Source of the DNA: the human T2T-CHM13v2.0 reference genome, Homo sapiens
Assembly: GCF_009914755.1 (NCBI RefSeq)
Contig: NC_060931.1
Reading direction: 5' to 3' (one strand)
DNA: 64,000 nucleotides
Positions 12,181 to 26,644 of this stretch are shown here, piece after piece. Numbering within the stretch: the first letter of the stretch is position 1; each line of letters opens with the position of its first letter. Both the position numbers and the translations under genes were made by a program. Under the pieces are notes generated by a model. That model was not told the origin of the DNA, ran no database searches, and saw nothing but the letters and a program-made list of their open reading frames with translations.

Positions 12181-13067
12181 GGCTTTGGTGGGATGCTGTA
12201 TGGCCATCACTGAGCTAATCCTGGCTGGGCCATACAGAAAAGCACTGTGATTTGCTTTACTTGCCAGATTCCATTAGCTGCATTCAAACACCATTCTGGC
12301 TTGGAGGGACAGAAAAAGGCCTCCCTTGGTCATTTTATCTGATTCACTAAGGTTTCTCAAGCTGCTTCTCTAACTTTTCTTCTACAGGGTATAAATTTTG
12401 TGGTGATGCACATTGCTTAAGGTCTTCAAAGTGCTAAAGACTCTCTTGGTTTGGGACACATCAATGAAAACAGGTGGTAGTTCAGCTTTCCAGGGGAGGG
12501 GGGCTGATTAGAAAGATGGGAAATAATGAGAAAGAAAAATATCTTGAGTTGCAGGCAGAGTGTTTTAAAGGAGACAGAATTGATCATTTATCTACCTTTC
12601 TTGAAAAAGTCAAGATAATTAGAATAGATGTGTATTTAAAAACATGTATATACACACATATGTTTTAACACTGAGGCTTAGTTTAAATGAAGACTTACTT
12701 TGGAGAGAGGCCTCATAACTGTGCCAAGAGTAATTTGCATATTGGTACGTTTTATTTATGCAGCTTCATTTTTTGGCATTATCTCAGGAAAATCACTTGA
12801 TTGACTCCTGCTCTGGTAAATGAAATCACACACAGTTCTTAACTTAATTTTTAAACCCATGTTAGCAGTAAAGATGGTTTTTATTCAACTACAAATGATC
12901 TTTCATAATTTGTAATGACTTGCCTCTTTAAGAAACATGGAGAGCTTCTTATGAATATTAGTAGCATTTTATTCTGTACTACTATGAAACTGCAGTGTAA
13001 GCAAAGACAGGCAAAGCACTGGGCATTTAAATGGAATCTAAACTTGGAACAGTGTGTCCACCCTGTT

Positions 13068-13380
<313 letters not shown>

Positions 13381-16300
13381 CCACCCTGTTATTTCATATG
13401 TGCTGTGTGCATCCCCACCCCCACACACTAGTCTGCAAGTGTAGTGGGGTAAAAAGCAGTTTTAACTATATAAGGAGTATGTATGATTACTTTGAGCATA
13501 ATAATTTGTATTTTCATAAGCCAACTCATTCAAAATAGAATGTACTAACTTTTTTCTCATCTTTGACCACGTCCTCACCAGTCACACCACCTAAATCATA
13601 AAGTCTTATCACTTCTACTGTTCCTCCACCCCACTAATCTGTCTCCTCATTTTCAACATCACACCCCACACCCTGCTACCTGAACTCCCTGCTCCTGCAC
13701 TCCCCTACCCATGGATTCTGAACTGGGGCCACAGCAGAGTGCCTATCTGAAGAGTTCACGGGTCTGATCTTGTCTTTCCCAGCTTAAAGCGTGTAAGGGC
13801 TGAAGACCTTTCGTCCCTACAGTAGGAGCTTGTTAGGGTTGGGCTGACAGGGCAACATCACACCTGGGAGATGTGCCTTACAGTAGAAAAGGAATCACAG
13901 GTGGAGAGCCAGAGAGAGAACCAGCCAGATTCACAAGCTGCATGCAGTGCCTTCGTCCCCTTGTCAGCAAAATGCGTGAAAGAAGCTCCCACTGGAGTCA
14001 GGCAAGCCCCACTTGGAGCTTCTTCTGGTGACTTCCTGTCATGAATGTTGGCCCCTCAGCAATGCCCCACCTCCCAGGGGTGAACTGAGAGGAAGGTTCT
14101 TCTAATAGCCAAGGCGGTGAGAGGGGCCAAGTGGGGTCAGAGGACCTACTCTGTGTAGACGAACACCAAGTCTGAATAGTCTTTCTGTGGGTCCAGTTTG
14201 TTTTACTTTATATTCATATATACTTGTACATGTGTAAATATATTATAGAAAGATATATAGAGATATTGATGTAGATATATAGATATCGAATGGATGTAGG
14301 TCTAGCTACATAATATATTTAAAACTCAGGTAATTATCCATGCAGCTTTCATACAGATAGTTGAATTTGATATGTCATAAAGTATATTTATTAATTATTC
14401 TTTAAAACATTGGGTTTTCATAATCACAGTTTTGATATCTCTACCACTGTGGAGGTCTGACTACTGACCCCTGGTCTGCAATTTGACACATGTGTTTGCA
14501 GGTTTCGTCTGTCAACTCTTCACTATAGAAAACACATATATTCTTTTTTAAGAGTGAACCTGGAAGGGTACAAACGTGAAGCAAATACCCTCTCCTCCTC
14601 TCACTTCCTTTCAAGTTAGGCCTGTGAAATGACTATTCCCTTCCCTTTTAAGGCATTTGGTGCTGATGCCCCAGTGAGTTGGCCAGCTGTTACAAGTCCA
14701 GTCTCACAGAGTCTCATAGGGCTTATGTATTCAGCTGATCCCTGATTTGAATCTTGCCCCTCTCTCACCCCCAAGTTTAGGCTTGAGGAATGTAGAGGGG
14801 AGAGGTGGCTGCCCTTCCACTCCCCTTCCCCACTCCTTGCTTAGGTGGAGATGGAGGACAAAGCACTCCTCATGCTTCCTGGAGGCCTCGCCCGCTTATT
14901 ACTGGGAAAGCAGAGGGAGTAAGGGAAGAGGAACGCAAGTCCTCTCTCCCCTCTGCCTTGGTGTTCCCTTCCTACGGGCCGTTTCAGACAGCCACGGAGG
15001 CCCACTCTGTGGCAGGCATGAGTCCTTGGGGGCCCTCAAGTAGGGCTGACTGGGTCAGGGCCATTTCGTCAATTCTTGGCAAAAGGTGTCAGTACAAGGA
15101 TCTTGCTTTGTAATAATGTGGGCCATTGAGCTTTCTCTCCATGATTCTCCCACTTTATGCTAGGTCTAGAGTAAGAGGAAAATCTCAATTAAAATTATGT
15201 ATAGGGAAAATATTAGAATATTTATGAAGATGAGTATAGCATTTCTAGAATTGTGGGTAGTTTTAATTCTCCTCCTATTGTTTCATGTTTTGCATGTTTT
15301 CTAAAGGGCATGCAGTATCTTTATAATCAGATAAAAACTTTAAAAAAAATAGTAGTCTTCCAGTTCTGGACAACATAGAGTTCAATTCTTCTTGCTAAGT
15401 ACAAATATAAACCCTGGACAAAATAACAGGTAACTGTCAGAAGATTCTGAAAAGATGGGCCAGGGACCTGAGGACTTGAGGAGCCACCTGATTTGTTTGG
15501 TCTTTTTTTTCATTTTGTCATATCCCCTATCTATTCTAGCCTGGGCTCTAAAAAAGTCCACAACCCAGAATTGCCAGCCTGCACAGACAAAAGACCTTAC
15601 TCCACAGCAAAGGCCTGGAGGAGGTAGCCCTGTACACAGAGCCTTCTAATGACACTCCCCACCTTAGACCAGCATCCCAGGTCCCAGTTTCCATCTATCT
15701 TCAAGTTCATGTTTCCATCCTATCTTTAATGCAGGCTGCCACTCTTTTCTGCTACTGAGACGCAATCCCATGGACAACTGGTGGGGTGGGGTGCACAGGA
15801 AACACTAAGCCTCCTGCTGAGCTATGGCTATCATGTGCTTTAATTTTTCTGGACTGGGATTTGATTTGTATTTTAAAATCTTACTTTATTCAGTGGCAGC
15901 AGAAACCCAACTGTGTGTTACTTCTCAGTTTGCTCAGTTAACTTTGGCTTTCTTCATTAATTCTGGGTTTGCTCCACCCACTCTCTCACAGGCATTCAAA
16001 CTGTGATGTGCAGTACAGGGAACATGCAAATTAAGGCCTCAGCTGGACCTCAGCCATCATCCCTGTGCCTCTCATCCTCTGGCCCACTGGCACTGTCCTC
16101 CATATGGGATATTCAGAGAGGTTCCAGTTTTCATCCTATCTTTAATGCAGACTGCCAGTCTTGTTTGCTACTGAACCTCAATCCCATGTTCAACCTGGTG
16201 GGAGGGCGCACCAGAAACACTAACCCCACTCTGGGCTCTTAGGAAATGACCTGTTTCTGCTCTGCAGCCTTATGAACTTGCTGCATACAGGGCTCAGTGG

Positions 16301-16898
16301 TGCAGTGCGCTCTGCAAGGCCTGTGTTCCACCCAGAGCCACAGATAGAAAGTGGTCCTGGGGTCTCCACTCTCAGATCTGAAAGCTCTAGTGTTTCTAGG
16401 TCATCTGTGACATGTGTTTCCTTAGGGACGGAGGTTGAGTACCCCAGCTTCCCAGATCAGGAGAGACACATAGAAAAGAGTTCAAAACATCGTGTTGCAA
16501 GGATTCTGCCTGCCTCCCTTTGTGCCATTATCTTGTTTATATGTTAATTAATATTAATACAGTCCCAGTATTACTGAACTTTTGTATCACAATTTCTATT
16601 TTTCTTTAAGGTTATGCTTAACCTGTTTTTTGGGAATTTAAAAATTCAAAATTTATGAGATACATGAAATTTAATTTAAATATATAAAATACATAAAAAT
16701 TTTTAACTTATGCCTTTGGATTAAAAAATATAGAGAAACGATTTCATTAGATAGTGTTTTCCCATGAGTTGATTCAAAAAGCATGGTAACACTGCAGAAT
16801 AAGTGAGCTTTTCTAGTTTGAAAATAATGTCTGGTTGGTATCTGAGAGTTTTTAGAATACACCTAAGCGCATCCAAATTGCAGTGCAGTTTTTCATTA

Positions 16899-16900
<2 letters not shown>

Positions 16901-16946
<46 letters not shown>
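16901..16946. repeat. (AT)n microsatellite, 23 units
   Basis: Pure AT run read directly. Confidence 0.97.
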
Positions 16947-16952
<6 letters not shown>

Positions 16953-17179
16953 CATTTTATGAAACTAGCAATAGAAACACACTTTCATGAAAAATTTAGT
17001 GGTCAAAATTTTTAAAAGAAAATATCGTGAATTTTCATACAACAGATGCCATTTTAGGTTGATTTAGTTTATTTTCTATAACTCAAAAATTTTAAAGGCT
17101 ATGAATAGCTGAAAGCATAAAAATAACACCCTATAATATGCACCATTTAATACAATTCTTTTTACAATTCAGTTTTCAA

Positions 17180-19228
17180 TTTTTAATTTTTTTTTATTTC
17201 AACAGGTTTTGGGGAAGCAGATGGTGTTTGGTTACATGGATAAGTTCTTTAGTGGTGATTTCTGAGATTTTGGTGCACCCATCACTCAAGCAGTGTACAC
17301 TACACCCAATGTGTAGTCTTTTATCTCTCACCGCCTTCCTACCATTTCCCCTGAGTCCCCAAAGTCCATTTTATCATTCTTATGCCTTTGCATCCTCATA
17401 GCTTAGCTCCCACTTATGAGTGAGAACATACGGTGCTTAGTTTTCCGTTCCTGAGTTACTTTACTTAGAATAATGGTCTCCAATTCCACCCAGGTTACTG
17501 CAAATGCCATTATTTCATTCCTTTTTTAGCTGAGCAGTATTCCATGGAATATATACCATATTTTCTTTATTCACTAATTGATTGATGGACATTTGGGCTG
17601 GTTGCATATTTTTGCAAGTGCAAATTGTGCTGTTATAAACATGTGCGTGCAAGTATCTTTTATATATAATGGCTTCTTTTCCTCTGGGTAGATACCCAGT
17701 AGTGGGATTGCTGAATCAAACAGTAGATCTGCTTTTAGCTCTTTAAGAAAACTTCACGCTGTTTTCCATAGTGGTTGTACTAGTTTACATTCTCACCAAC
17801 AATGTAAAAGTGTTCTCTGTTCACCACATCAATGCCAACATCTATTATTTTTTGATTTTTTTTTATTTTGGACATTCTTGCAGGAGTGAGATGGTATCGC
17901 ATTGTGGTTTTGATTTGCATTTCCCTAATCATTAGTGATGGTGAGCATTTTTAAATTTGTTTTCTGGACATTTGTATATCTTCTTTGGAGAATTGTCTAT
18001 TCATGTCTTTGGGATTGTTTGTTTTTCTCTTGCTGATTTATTTGAGTTCCTTGTAGATTCTGGATATTAGTTATTTGTTGGATGCATAGTTTGAGAGGAT
18101 TTTCTCCCATTTTTTGGGTTGTCTATTTACTCTGCTAACTATTTCTTTTGCTGTGCAGAAGCTTTTTAATTAAGTCCCATCTATTTATCTTTATTTTTGT
18201 TGTATTTGCTTTTGGGGTCTTGGTTGTGAAGTCTTTGACTAAGCCAATGTCTGGAAGACATTTTCCAATGTTATATTCTAGAATTTTTATGGTTTCAAGT
18301 CTTAGATTTAAGTCTTTGATCCATCTTGAGTTGATTTTTGTATAAGGTAACAAATGAGTATTCAGTTTTATTCTTCTACATGTAGCTTGCCAATTATCTT
18401 GGCACCATTTTTGAATAGGGTGTCCTTTCCCCATTTTATGTTTTTGTTTGCCTTATCGAAGATCAGTTGGCTGTAAATATTTGGCTTTATTTCTGGGTTC
18501 TCTGTTCTGTCTCATTGGTCTATGTGCGTACTTTTATACCAGTACCATGCTGTTTTGGTGACTGTAGCCTTATTGTATTGTTTGAAGTTGGGTCATGCGA
18601 TGCCTCCAGATTTATTCTTTTTGCTTAGTCTTTGTTTGGCTATGTGGGCTCTTTTGTGGTTTCATATGAATTTTAGGATTTTTTTAGTTATGTGAAGAAT
18701 GATAGTGGTATGTTGATGGGAATTGCACTGAATTTGTAGATTGCTTTTGGCAGTATGGTCACATCAACGATATTGATTCTACCCATCCAGGATCTTGGGA
18801 TGTGTTTCCATTTGTTTGTGTCATCTGTGATTTCTTTCAGCAGTGTTTTGTAGTTTTCCTTGTAGAGATCTTTCACATCCTTGGTTAGGTATATTCCTCT
18901 TTTTTTTTTTTTTTTTTTTTTTGACAGCTATTGCAAAAAAGGTTGAGTTCTTGATTTAATTCTCAGCTTGGTTGCTGTTGATGTGTAGCAGTGCTTATAA
19001 TTTATGTACATTGATTTTGTATCCTGAAACTTTACTGAATTCATTTATCTGTTCTAGGAGCTTTTTGGATGAGTCTTTAGGGTTTTCTGGGTATATAACC
19101 ATATCATCAGTGAACAGCGACAGTTTGACTTCCTCTTTACTGATTTGGATGCCCTGTATTTCTTTCTCTTATCTGATTGCTCTGGCTAGGACTTCTAGTA
19201 TTATGTCGAATAGAAGTGGTGAAAGTGG
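17180..19228 (-). mobile_element. 5'-truncated L1PB-type LINE (3' UTR plus ORF2 C-terminal part)
   Basis: 3' end 'tttatttcaacaggttttggggaagcagatggtgtttggttacatgg'. ORF2 peptides [27 protein letters not shown] and [13 protein letters not shown]. Probable TSD gttttca(a/t)ttt. Confidence 0.9.
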
Positions 19229-19639
19229 GTTTTCATTTTGTTACTCACTGATGGCATACAAAACCATATAGATATAGAGATAAAGTCATAAATACACACG
19301 GATGTGAATTCCCCAATTTATGATCAACCAATTAACAAACACACCACACACATGCACAGTCAGCATGTGGCTTTGCTGTTTCTAAGCAGAGAGTGAGAAT
19401 CTCCTGTTTTCTCTCTAGGCCCCCCACCCACCAATCAAGCTTTTGTTCTATACTCTAGGTAATTTCCTCTCTGGACATCAAATCCTATTTCCTGGAGAAG
19501 CAGCAGGGTTTTTGTTTCGTTTTGTTTGTTTTTGTTTTTGTTTTCATTTTTTCGTGATACCTTGAGCACAGTTGAATGACCTAGAAAGGTTGGCCATTTA
19601 CTAAATAATTGCTTTAGGGTTTGACCCAAAGTTTTAAAA

Positions 19640-20011
19640 TCCAAAACTGAGATCAAAAGTGAGGCCTACTGCAGATGTTCATGCTGTGAGGGGTGATGAA
19701 CTGGAGACACTGGGGGACATGTCACCCAGAATTTGCCCTCATGTGGGCTGCAGAGAAGGAGAATGATGCCACAGACAGAGAGAAGGGAGAAAGAAAGGGA
19801 CTTAGTGTTAGTTGAGTTCCTGGGTCACTCACTATTCCTGAGACTTTGTAGCACTATTTCCCTCCACATATGTGGATGTTTCAACACTCTCCTGGCTGTA
19901 ATGAGATTCTTTAGTATCACTCTGATGAATTCTTTTTTTTTTTTTTTTTTGTCTAAGCTGGTACAACATGGATTTCTATCACTTACAACCCTCAGAATCC
20001 TAACTGGTATA
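19640..20011 (+). mobile_element. Old MLT1 (J/K/L-type) MaLR LTR fragment
   Basis: 3' end 'gtctaagctggtacaacatggatttctatcacttacaaccctcagaatcctaactggtata' is typical of old MLT1. Confidence 0.6.
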
Positions 20012-20024
20012 AAACTAGAGGGCT

Positions 20025-20210
20025 TGTTTCCTGGACTTAGACCCTTTGAGCTTGAATCCTGGGTCTGCTACTTATAAAACTTGCTACGATAAACAGTTTC
20101 TTAACCTCTCAATCTTCTCATCTTTAAAATGAAGAACATAATGTTATGTCACTTGCTGAGAGTGTGAAATGAGATGATGTCTATAAAGCCATTAGCACAG
20201 AGTCTAGCCC
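20025..20210 (+). mobile_element. MIR
   Basis: 'ttgaatcctgggtctgctactta...ttaacctctc...tcatctttaaaatg...aaatgagatgatgtctataaagccattagcacag'. Confidence 0.7.
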
Positions 20211-20319
20211 AAGGACCAAGGCCATCAGCACCCCAAGGAGAGGAGTTTTATAGAACTTGCCCATAAATTTTATATCTTCAAATACACACATGCATACAAA
20301 AGCTAGAAGGAAGACAAAA

Positions 20320-21188
20320 ATGCTCTCCCTTACAGAATAGACCAACTCATAAATTTAGAAAAAAAAATAGAGCATAAAAATCACACCTTTGCAATGATGA
20401 TATTAAGGAGTGAGGCAAGCAGCAGGCAGCAAGGAATGGTGATGAACAGGATAGTTCTGTAGTCTCGAAGCATCTCATCACAAATGACTTGACAATCACA
20501 ATGGTAAAAACTCAAAGTGCAAAAACGTCTCAGCCTGCATCGCAATCAAGTGATGGAAGGGAACACCCCAATCATAAAGCAAGCTGACATCAGGACTCAC
20601 CTGGAATGATGCAGTGAGGACACAGCCTCCCTTTGTGGCAGCCCTGACAAAGACGCACAGCTGAAATCTATCGTGAAGAAACAATAGACAGACCCACACT
20701 GAGATACATTCTATAAAATAAATGGGCTCTCTGCCTCTAGATGTTTCATGCCATGAAATACAAAGAAAGGCTGCCATACATTTCAGACTGAAGGAGACCA
20801 GACACATGGAAACTGTGATTCTTGATCAGACACCAGAACTGGGAAAGACAACTCTAGACAATATAATTGTGACAACTGTTGAAATTGAATAAGATCTGCA
20901 GATTAAAGAACAGTATTTCATGGATATTAAATTTCCTGATTTTGATCAGTATTGTGGTTCTCTAAGAGAGTGCCCTTGTTTGTAAGAAATTCTCACGAAA
21001 GTTTTCAGGAGCCAGGTGGCTTGATGACTGTAGCCTGATTTCAGATAATTCAGACAAAACAACATATACATAAGTAAATGTGAATGTGTTCGGGGACAGG
21101 GAGTGAAAGATACAGTACACGAGGCCAAATGTAAACAACTGGTGAATCTGTGCATAGGGAATGCAGAAAAATTGTGTACAATTCTTGA
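20320..21188 (+). mobile_element. L1MC-type 3' UTR fragment
   Basis: L1MC3/4-like 3' end motifs ('attaaatttcctgattttgatc', 'cccttgtttgtaagaaat'). Confidence 0.6.
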
Positions 21189-21502
<314 letters not shown>

Positions 21503-21508
21503 TAGGAA

Positions 21509-21621
21509 TTTTCTTTTTTTTTCGAGATGGAGTCTTGCTCTGTCACCCAGGCTAGAGTGCAGTGGCATGATCTCGGCTCACTTCAGTCTCCGCCTCCCGG
21601 GTTCAAGAATTCTCCTGCCTT
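21509..21621 (-). mobile_element. 5'-truncated AluS right-arm fragment
   Basis: Poly-T then 'gagatggagtcttgctctgtcacccagg...gttcaagaattctcctgcct', ending abruptly. Confidence 0.88.
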
Positions 21622-21667
21622 ATATGAAAATAAGAAATTACAAGACATTAAAAGGTATACGTACTTA

Positions 21668-21915
21668 CAGATGCTGTTTAACTTATGATGAGGTTACATC
21701 TTAATAAACCCATCTTAAGTTGAAAATATTTTTAAGTCAAAGATGCATTTAATACACCTAACTCACTGAGCATCATAGCTTAGCCCAGCCTGCTTTAAAG
21801 GTGCTCAGAACTCTTATATTAGCCTACAATTTGGCAAAATCATCTGGCAACACAATACTTTGTAGAGTGTTGGTTGTTATCCTTATGATCACAGGGCTGA
21901 CTGGGAGCTGGACTC
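21668..21915 (+). mobile_element. MER47/Tigger5-type DNA transposon fragment
   Basis: TA followed by 'cagatgctgtttaacttatgatgaggttacatcttaataaacccatcttaagttgaaaatat', the left TIR region; the right end is missing. Confidence 0.7.
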
Positions 21916-22501
21916 AGTCTGGCAGCAACAGGGACAATTCACCTGGAGGTCATGTCTGAGCTGAGACTGGGAGACCACGGAGAAGGCAATCAGGTGAGGA
22001 AGGCCAGGGAAGGCAATGTGGGCAAGAGCCAGGGTCAAGAGACAGGAAGACACCTGTGAGCAAATGTCAGTTGCTCCTTAGGGCTGGAGGATAATATCAG
22101 ACATCGTCTTTAAGCTTTACGGGTATACAATGAGCAGATCTTGAAAAAAGTCAACTTTTGAGTACATGAAGACAAAATAGCTTTAAAATTTATTTGGAGT
22201 AACTCTAATAAAGTCAAAATAGATTTTTTAAAATACAGCAAATATTACGTAAGTGTGATGCCCTTATTATTTTTAGAGCTCACAGAAGTTGATAAGAGAA
22301 ACATCAGACCCCCAGTAGGTAAAAAGATTTACGTAAAAAAAGAGAAAAATATACAAACTGTAAGGAAACAAACAAGAAAATATACTATTCAGTTTTGAAT
22401 AAACTTCTTTCTCTGCAAATGCAAAAAGAAGGCCAAGTAGGTATCTCCAAAAAATGTCTCTAGGCTCTCAATAATAAAAGATAATAAATGTGTTAATCAA
22501 T

Positions 22502-23385
22502 TGTAAACCAAAAATAAAATTCTAAGCCCAGCAACCAACTAAATGGACTAACACCCTTAGCCAAAGGCATTCCAAAGTAAACTGGAAAAACTAATTCAAG
22601 CCATGATGGGAAGAGATGGTTAGACATTCCTCATTATACCCTCCACCCTTTGGAATTCAGGCACAACTGACCAGCATTAGCATTAAAACAGAGACCCTCA
22701 GACTGAAAAAACAGACTGTAGCAGTAAGATACTAAATTGCAACCTGACTTGGGTGTAAGATCACATGACAGATAGCAAGTCCTGAAAGAAATTGAAGTAT
22801 TTCATCCCAATATATATTTCTTTGACCTATGTTTAAATGGCCCTACAAAGCTGTGCCTTGTGGGGGAATTTTACATTCCGTAGAGAATCTCCTTCCCTTA
22901 CTAGATCTTTTCAGGAAAGTCTAGCACCTTTTAAGATCTCTTGAGACAACATTTGCCATCTATTATCTCTGATGCCTACTACCTAGAGGCTTCACTTGCA
23001 GAACAAGAACCTGAAATTCCACAGCCCTCTTATCTTAACCCCAAGCATATATTTCTGCTGACTTCAACTCCTTAGACAAAACTTAACTCTTTTAACCTAT
23101 TGCCAGTCAGGAAATCTTTGAATCCCCCTGTGACCTGGAAGGTCTTTCACCCTCTTCTAGATGTCCCATCTTTCCAGACTGAACCTATGTATACCTTACA
23201 TATAATGATAGATGTCATCCTATAACTTTTACCCCACTAAAATATATGAAATCAAGCTATGACCCAACCACCTTGAGTACATGTTCTCAGGACCTCCTGA
23301 GGCTGTGTCACAGGCATGTCTTTAACCTTGGCAAAATAAACTTCTAAATTAATTGAGATTTGTCTCAGATAATTTCTGGTTTATG
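22502..23385 (+). mobile_element. MER4D/E-type solo LTR (ERV1)
   Basis: Starts 'tgtaaaccaaaaataaaattctaagcc'; ends 'gaggctgtgtcacaggcatgtctttaaccttggcaaaataaacttctaaattaattgag...tggttta'. Confidence 0.8.
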
Positions 23386-23725
23386 TAATATATGTAAAAA
23401 TAAGAAAAATATGAAATTGCATTTAGGCAGTCAAAAAACTTGGGAGGGGAATAAATACAAATTTTAATATTAATCACTGTGTGGTAAGTTATTATTTTTA
23501 TGTTCTTTCTGCTTTTCTGTATTTCCTAAAATATCAACCAAATTTAAATATTATGTTTTAAATGAGAAAGATAGTGATTGATTTTAAGGCCCTTTTCACC
23601 TGATTTGCCTTTTTCGTTGTAATTTTTTTAACTAGCATGTCGATTTAATTTGTAGGCAGTTTCATTATGATAGGAAATCCAGTTATTTGCCAAAAATGTC
23701 AGAAAATGGCACATTTTAAAAATAG

Positions 23726-24102
<377 letters not shown>

Positions 24103-24532
24103 CTGATAGATGTATTTTGGAGCAACTTAGATGTGGGTATAAGAGCAGAATGTCTTTTAGAGAAACAACTATGTAACATATTTCAGGCTAAATACCTTTA
24201 TTCTGGATTAATTCTGTAGGGCTTCTTCAGCTCTTACCTGTGTTTTATCCCAGAACACAAACCCTTAACCTCTTCTTGAGTAATAAAATGAAACTTACAG
24301 AAAGAGGAACTCTGTTTAATGTAGGCATTCCTTCACACTGGTGGGCCGAGGAAGTTTCATTCTGCTGGCAAAATGTGGATTTCTGGTTTCAATTTTTAAA
24401 ATATGAAGGATTTAGAGAACTATTCTCAGAAATCTGGCATGGGCTTAGGAGGGAGTGAACATTGGGAGCGCTGTGCCTGTGAGACAGCAAGCTCTAACAT
24501 GGAATTCCTGAGTGGAGAATTTAGTTAAGGAA

Positions 24533-24725
24533 GGGCACTAAACAGCAGCCAATTTGGTAAATAAAGTTTTATTGGAACACAGCCATGTTCATTCCTTCAT
24601 GGATCATCTATGGCTGTTCCTGTACTAGAAGAGCAGAGTTGAGTGGTTGCAATAGCAACCTTATGGCCTAAAAAGCCTACAACATTTACTATCCAGCCCT
24701 TTGTATTTATATTGCTAGCTCTGTG
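24533..24725. mobile_element. MER58A-like hAT-Charlie MITE
   Basis: 'gtaaataaagttttattggaacacagccatg...gcagagttgagtggttgcaa...aaagcctacaacatttactatccagccctttg'. Confidence 0.75.
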
Positions 24726-25584
24726 CTAGCCAGTTTCTCCAGGTGCCTCTCTTTAACTTGATGATGTTTTTACTTTTTACTCTTACTGGCAACTTTTGTT
24801 TTTAACAACAACAAAAACAGAAGTAAAGACTTCACTAACACTTTTGTTCTATCAGGTTTATAACCAGCTCAGAAATTTACCTTGGGCAGGAAATGCCATT
24901 ACTGATACAAAATTCAGACACCGCAAATTTCAGAAAAATAGTACATTTAGCCATTACAATAGTGCAGCTTTATTTACACAGACATTGGTAGGCTTTTCTG
25001 TGAATACACTGTGTACGGGAAACAAGAACATAATTTCCATGATACAGGAATCCATCCACACAAACCAAGTAAAATTTATGGTCAGAGAAATGCTCTTTCT
25101 AGGAAGTCAATATTATGAAACAGGTTTGATATCAACAACATTCATGCTGCCAGATTTCTTTGTTTTGTCCAGTGTTTTCATCTAAGAAGGTCAAAGCAAC
25201 CTTAAGAATTTCAAGATTTCCAAACACCTCCATAAAGAGCAAAAGAAGCAACTGTGAGTTGGATAAAAGCAACCTCCAGGAGAATGAACATAGTGGGAGC
25301 CCTCTCGGCCTTTGCAGACACTCACTCTATAGCTCAGGTTTTCTTGTATATGTCCCAGGCTCATTATCAAACTGTTCTCTGGTTTCACAGCAGTTTTCTC
25401 AGGTTATCAGGGCATGTGTTAATATCACTATGACTTTTTGGTGATGATGGAATTCATCCTTCATGTTCTCCTTTGTCAGATAATTAAAAAGCTGGATATA
25501 ACTTGGAGAGATCCAGCTCTCTCAAGCTCTACAGTGGCTGAGGGGTTGGGTCCAATGGCTACATGCTGCTTCTTTCCTTTATCA

Positions 25585-25735
25585 CCTCCTAGCTGTGTGA
25601 GCCCAGGTAGATAATAATCCATCTGTTCCACAACGTCCTCACTTGTGAAATGGGAATAATCACGCATTGAATGTTTCATATGCTTAGTGTGTGTCAGGCT
25701 TAGCAGAATGCCTGGCACACAGCAAGTCTTCAAGA
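25585..25735 (+). mobile_element. MIR
   Basis: 'ctagctgtgtgagcccagg...tcctcacttgtgaaatgggaataat...gcttagcagaatgcctggcacacagcaagt'. Confidence 0.65.
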
Positions 25736-26014
25736 TACATTAGACTTGGCTCACATCTGGACAGCAAGCTCTCTTTTGATATGTATCCAATCAATTCTGA
25801 AAACTCTAAGCCATCTGTAAGAATTGCTTTTTCTTCATCAAATTGAATTGACTTGTCTCCATAAGTATTTTGATTGTGAATAGGTGATTATATAAAGTTA
25901 TATGCACTTCTCCTAACAATTAATGATTCAATTGTAAAGTAGATCATCACAGAAAATTATTTTGAGGATTGAATCATGCTCCATGTGTACAAGCAAGAAA
26001 TAATGTTCAGCTTC

Positions 26015-26170
26015 ATAGAAGAAAGAGCACTAAAGTTTGAGTGAGAAGGTACCACTTATTAATTCTGAGGAAGCTATTTCTCTAGTCTCTTTTTTGCAAT
26101 TGATAAAATAGAGATGATCATCACTTCATAGGATTGTTGTGAGGATTAAATAATTATGTGAAAGTCCTGC
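26015..26170 (+). mobile_element. MIR
   Basis: 'taaaatagagatgatcatcacttcataggattgttgtgaggattaaataa'. Confidence 0.65.
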
Positions 26171-26644
26171 AATTAGGCTCTGGCTAATTGTTGGCTACTG
26201 TTGAGTCGATCCATTACTACTCATGATCTTTCACAAATAATGCCACATGTTTAAATTACAGAAAGTAACAACTTCATCTCACCTACTGGGGTACCAAAAA
26301 AAGCACTTGTTGTTTAATATGCAAACTATATTACCCCAAGCCCAAAGTTCATCCATCAAGGGTATATCACCCTTCCCATTATAATTCCAAGAACCATGAA
26401 TCTGTCATTCTAAGAGGTCAGATCTGGTTGTTATTGCCTCTGAAAAACTGGAATTTTCTTCTTGGGAGGAGATCCCATCATTCCAGCCTATGGGCTGTTA
26501 CTATTTCAGGAGGTGTCTATTTTTTTTCTCCTTTTCTATCAAAAGTAGCCCAATTTAAAGGGCTATGTTAAATTTCAATGTTAACGTATTAACCATCAAT
26601 TATGTTTTCAAATATCTGAATTTAATGTTGTAGAGTTATCCCCT

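Noticed and set aside
18900-18922. Poly-T tract suggesting a separate retrocopy tail
   Set aside because: L1 sequence is collinear on both sides; this is an expanded internal T-run.
24796-25444. Overlapping 129-aa and 94-aa ORFs in unique DNA
   Set aside because: Non-ATG starts, no recognisable domain, no convincing exon boundaries.
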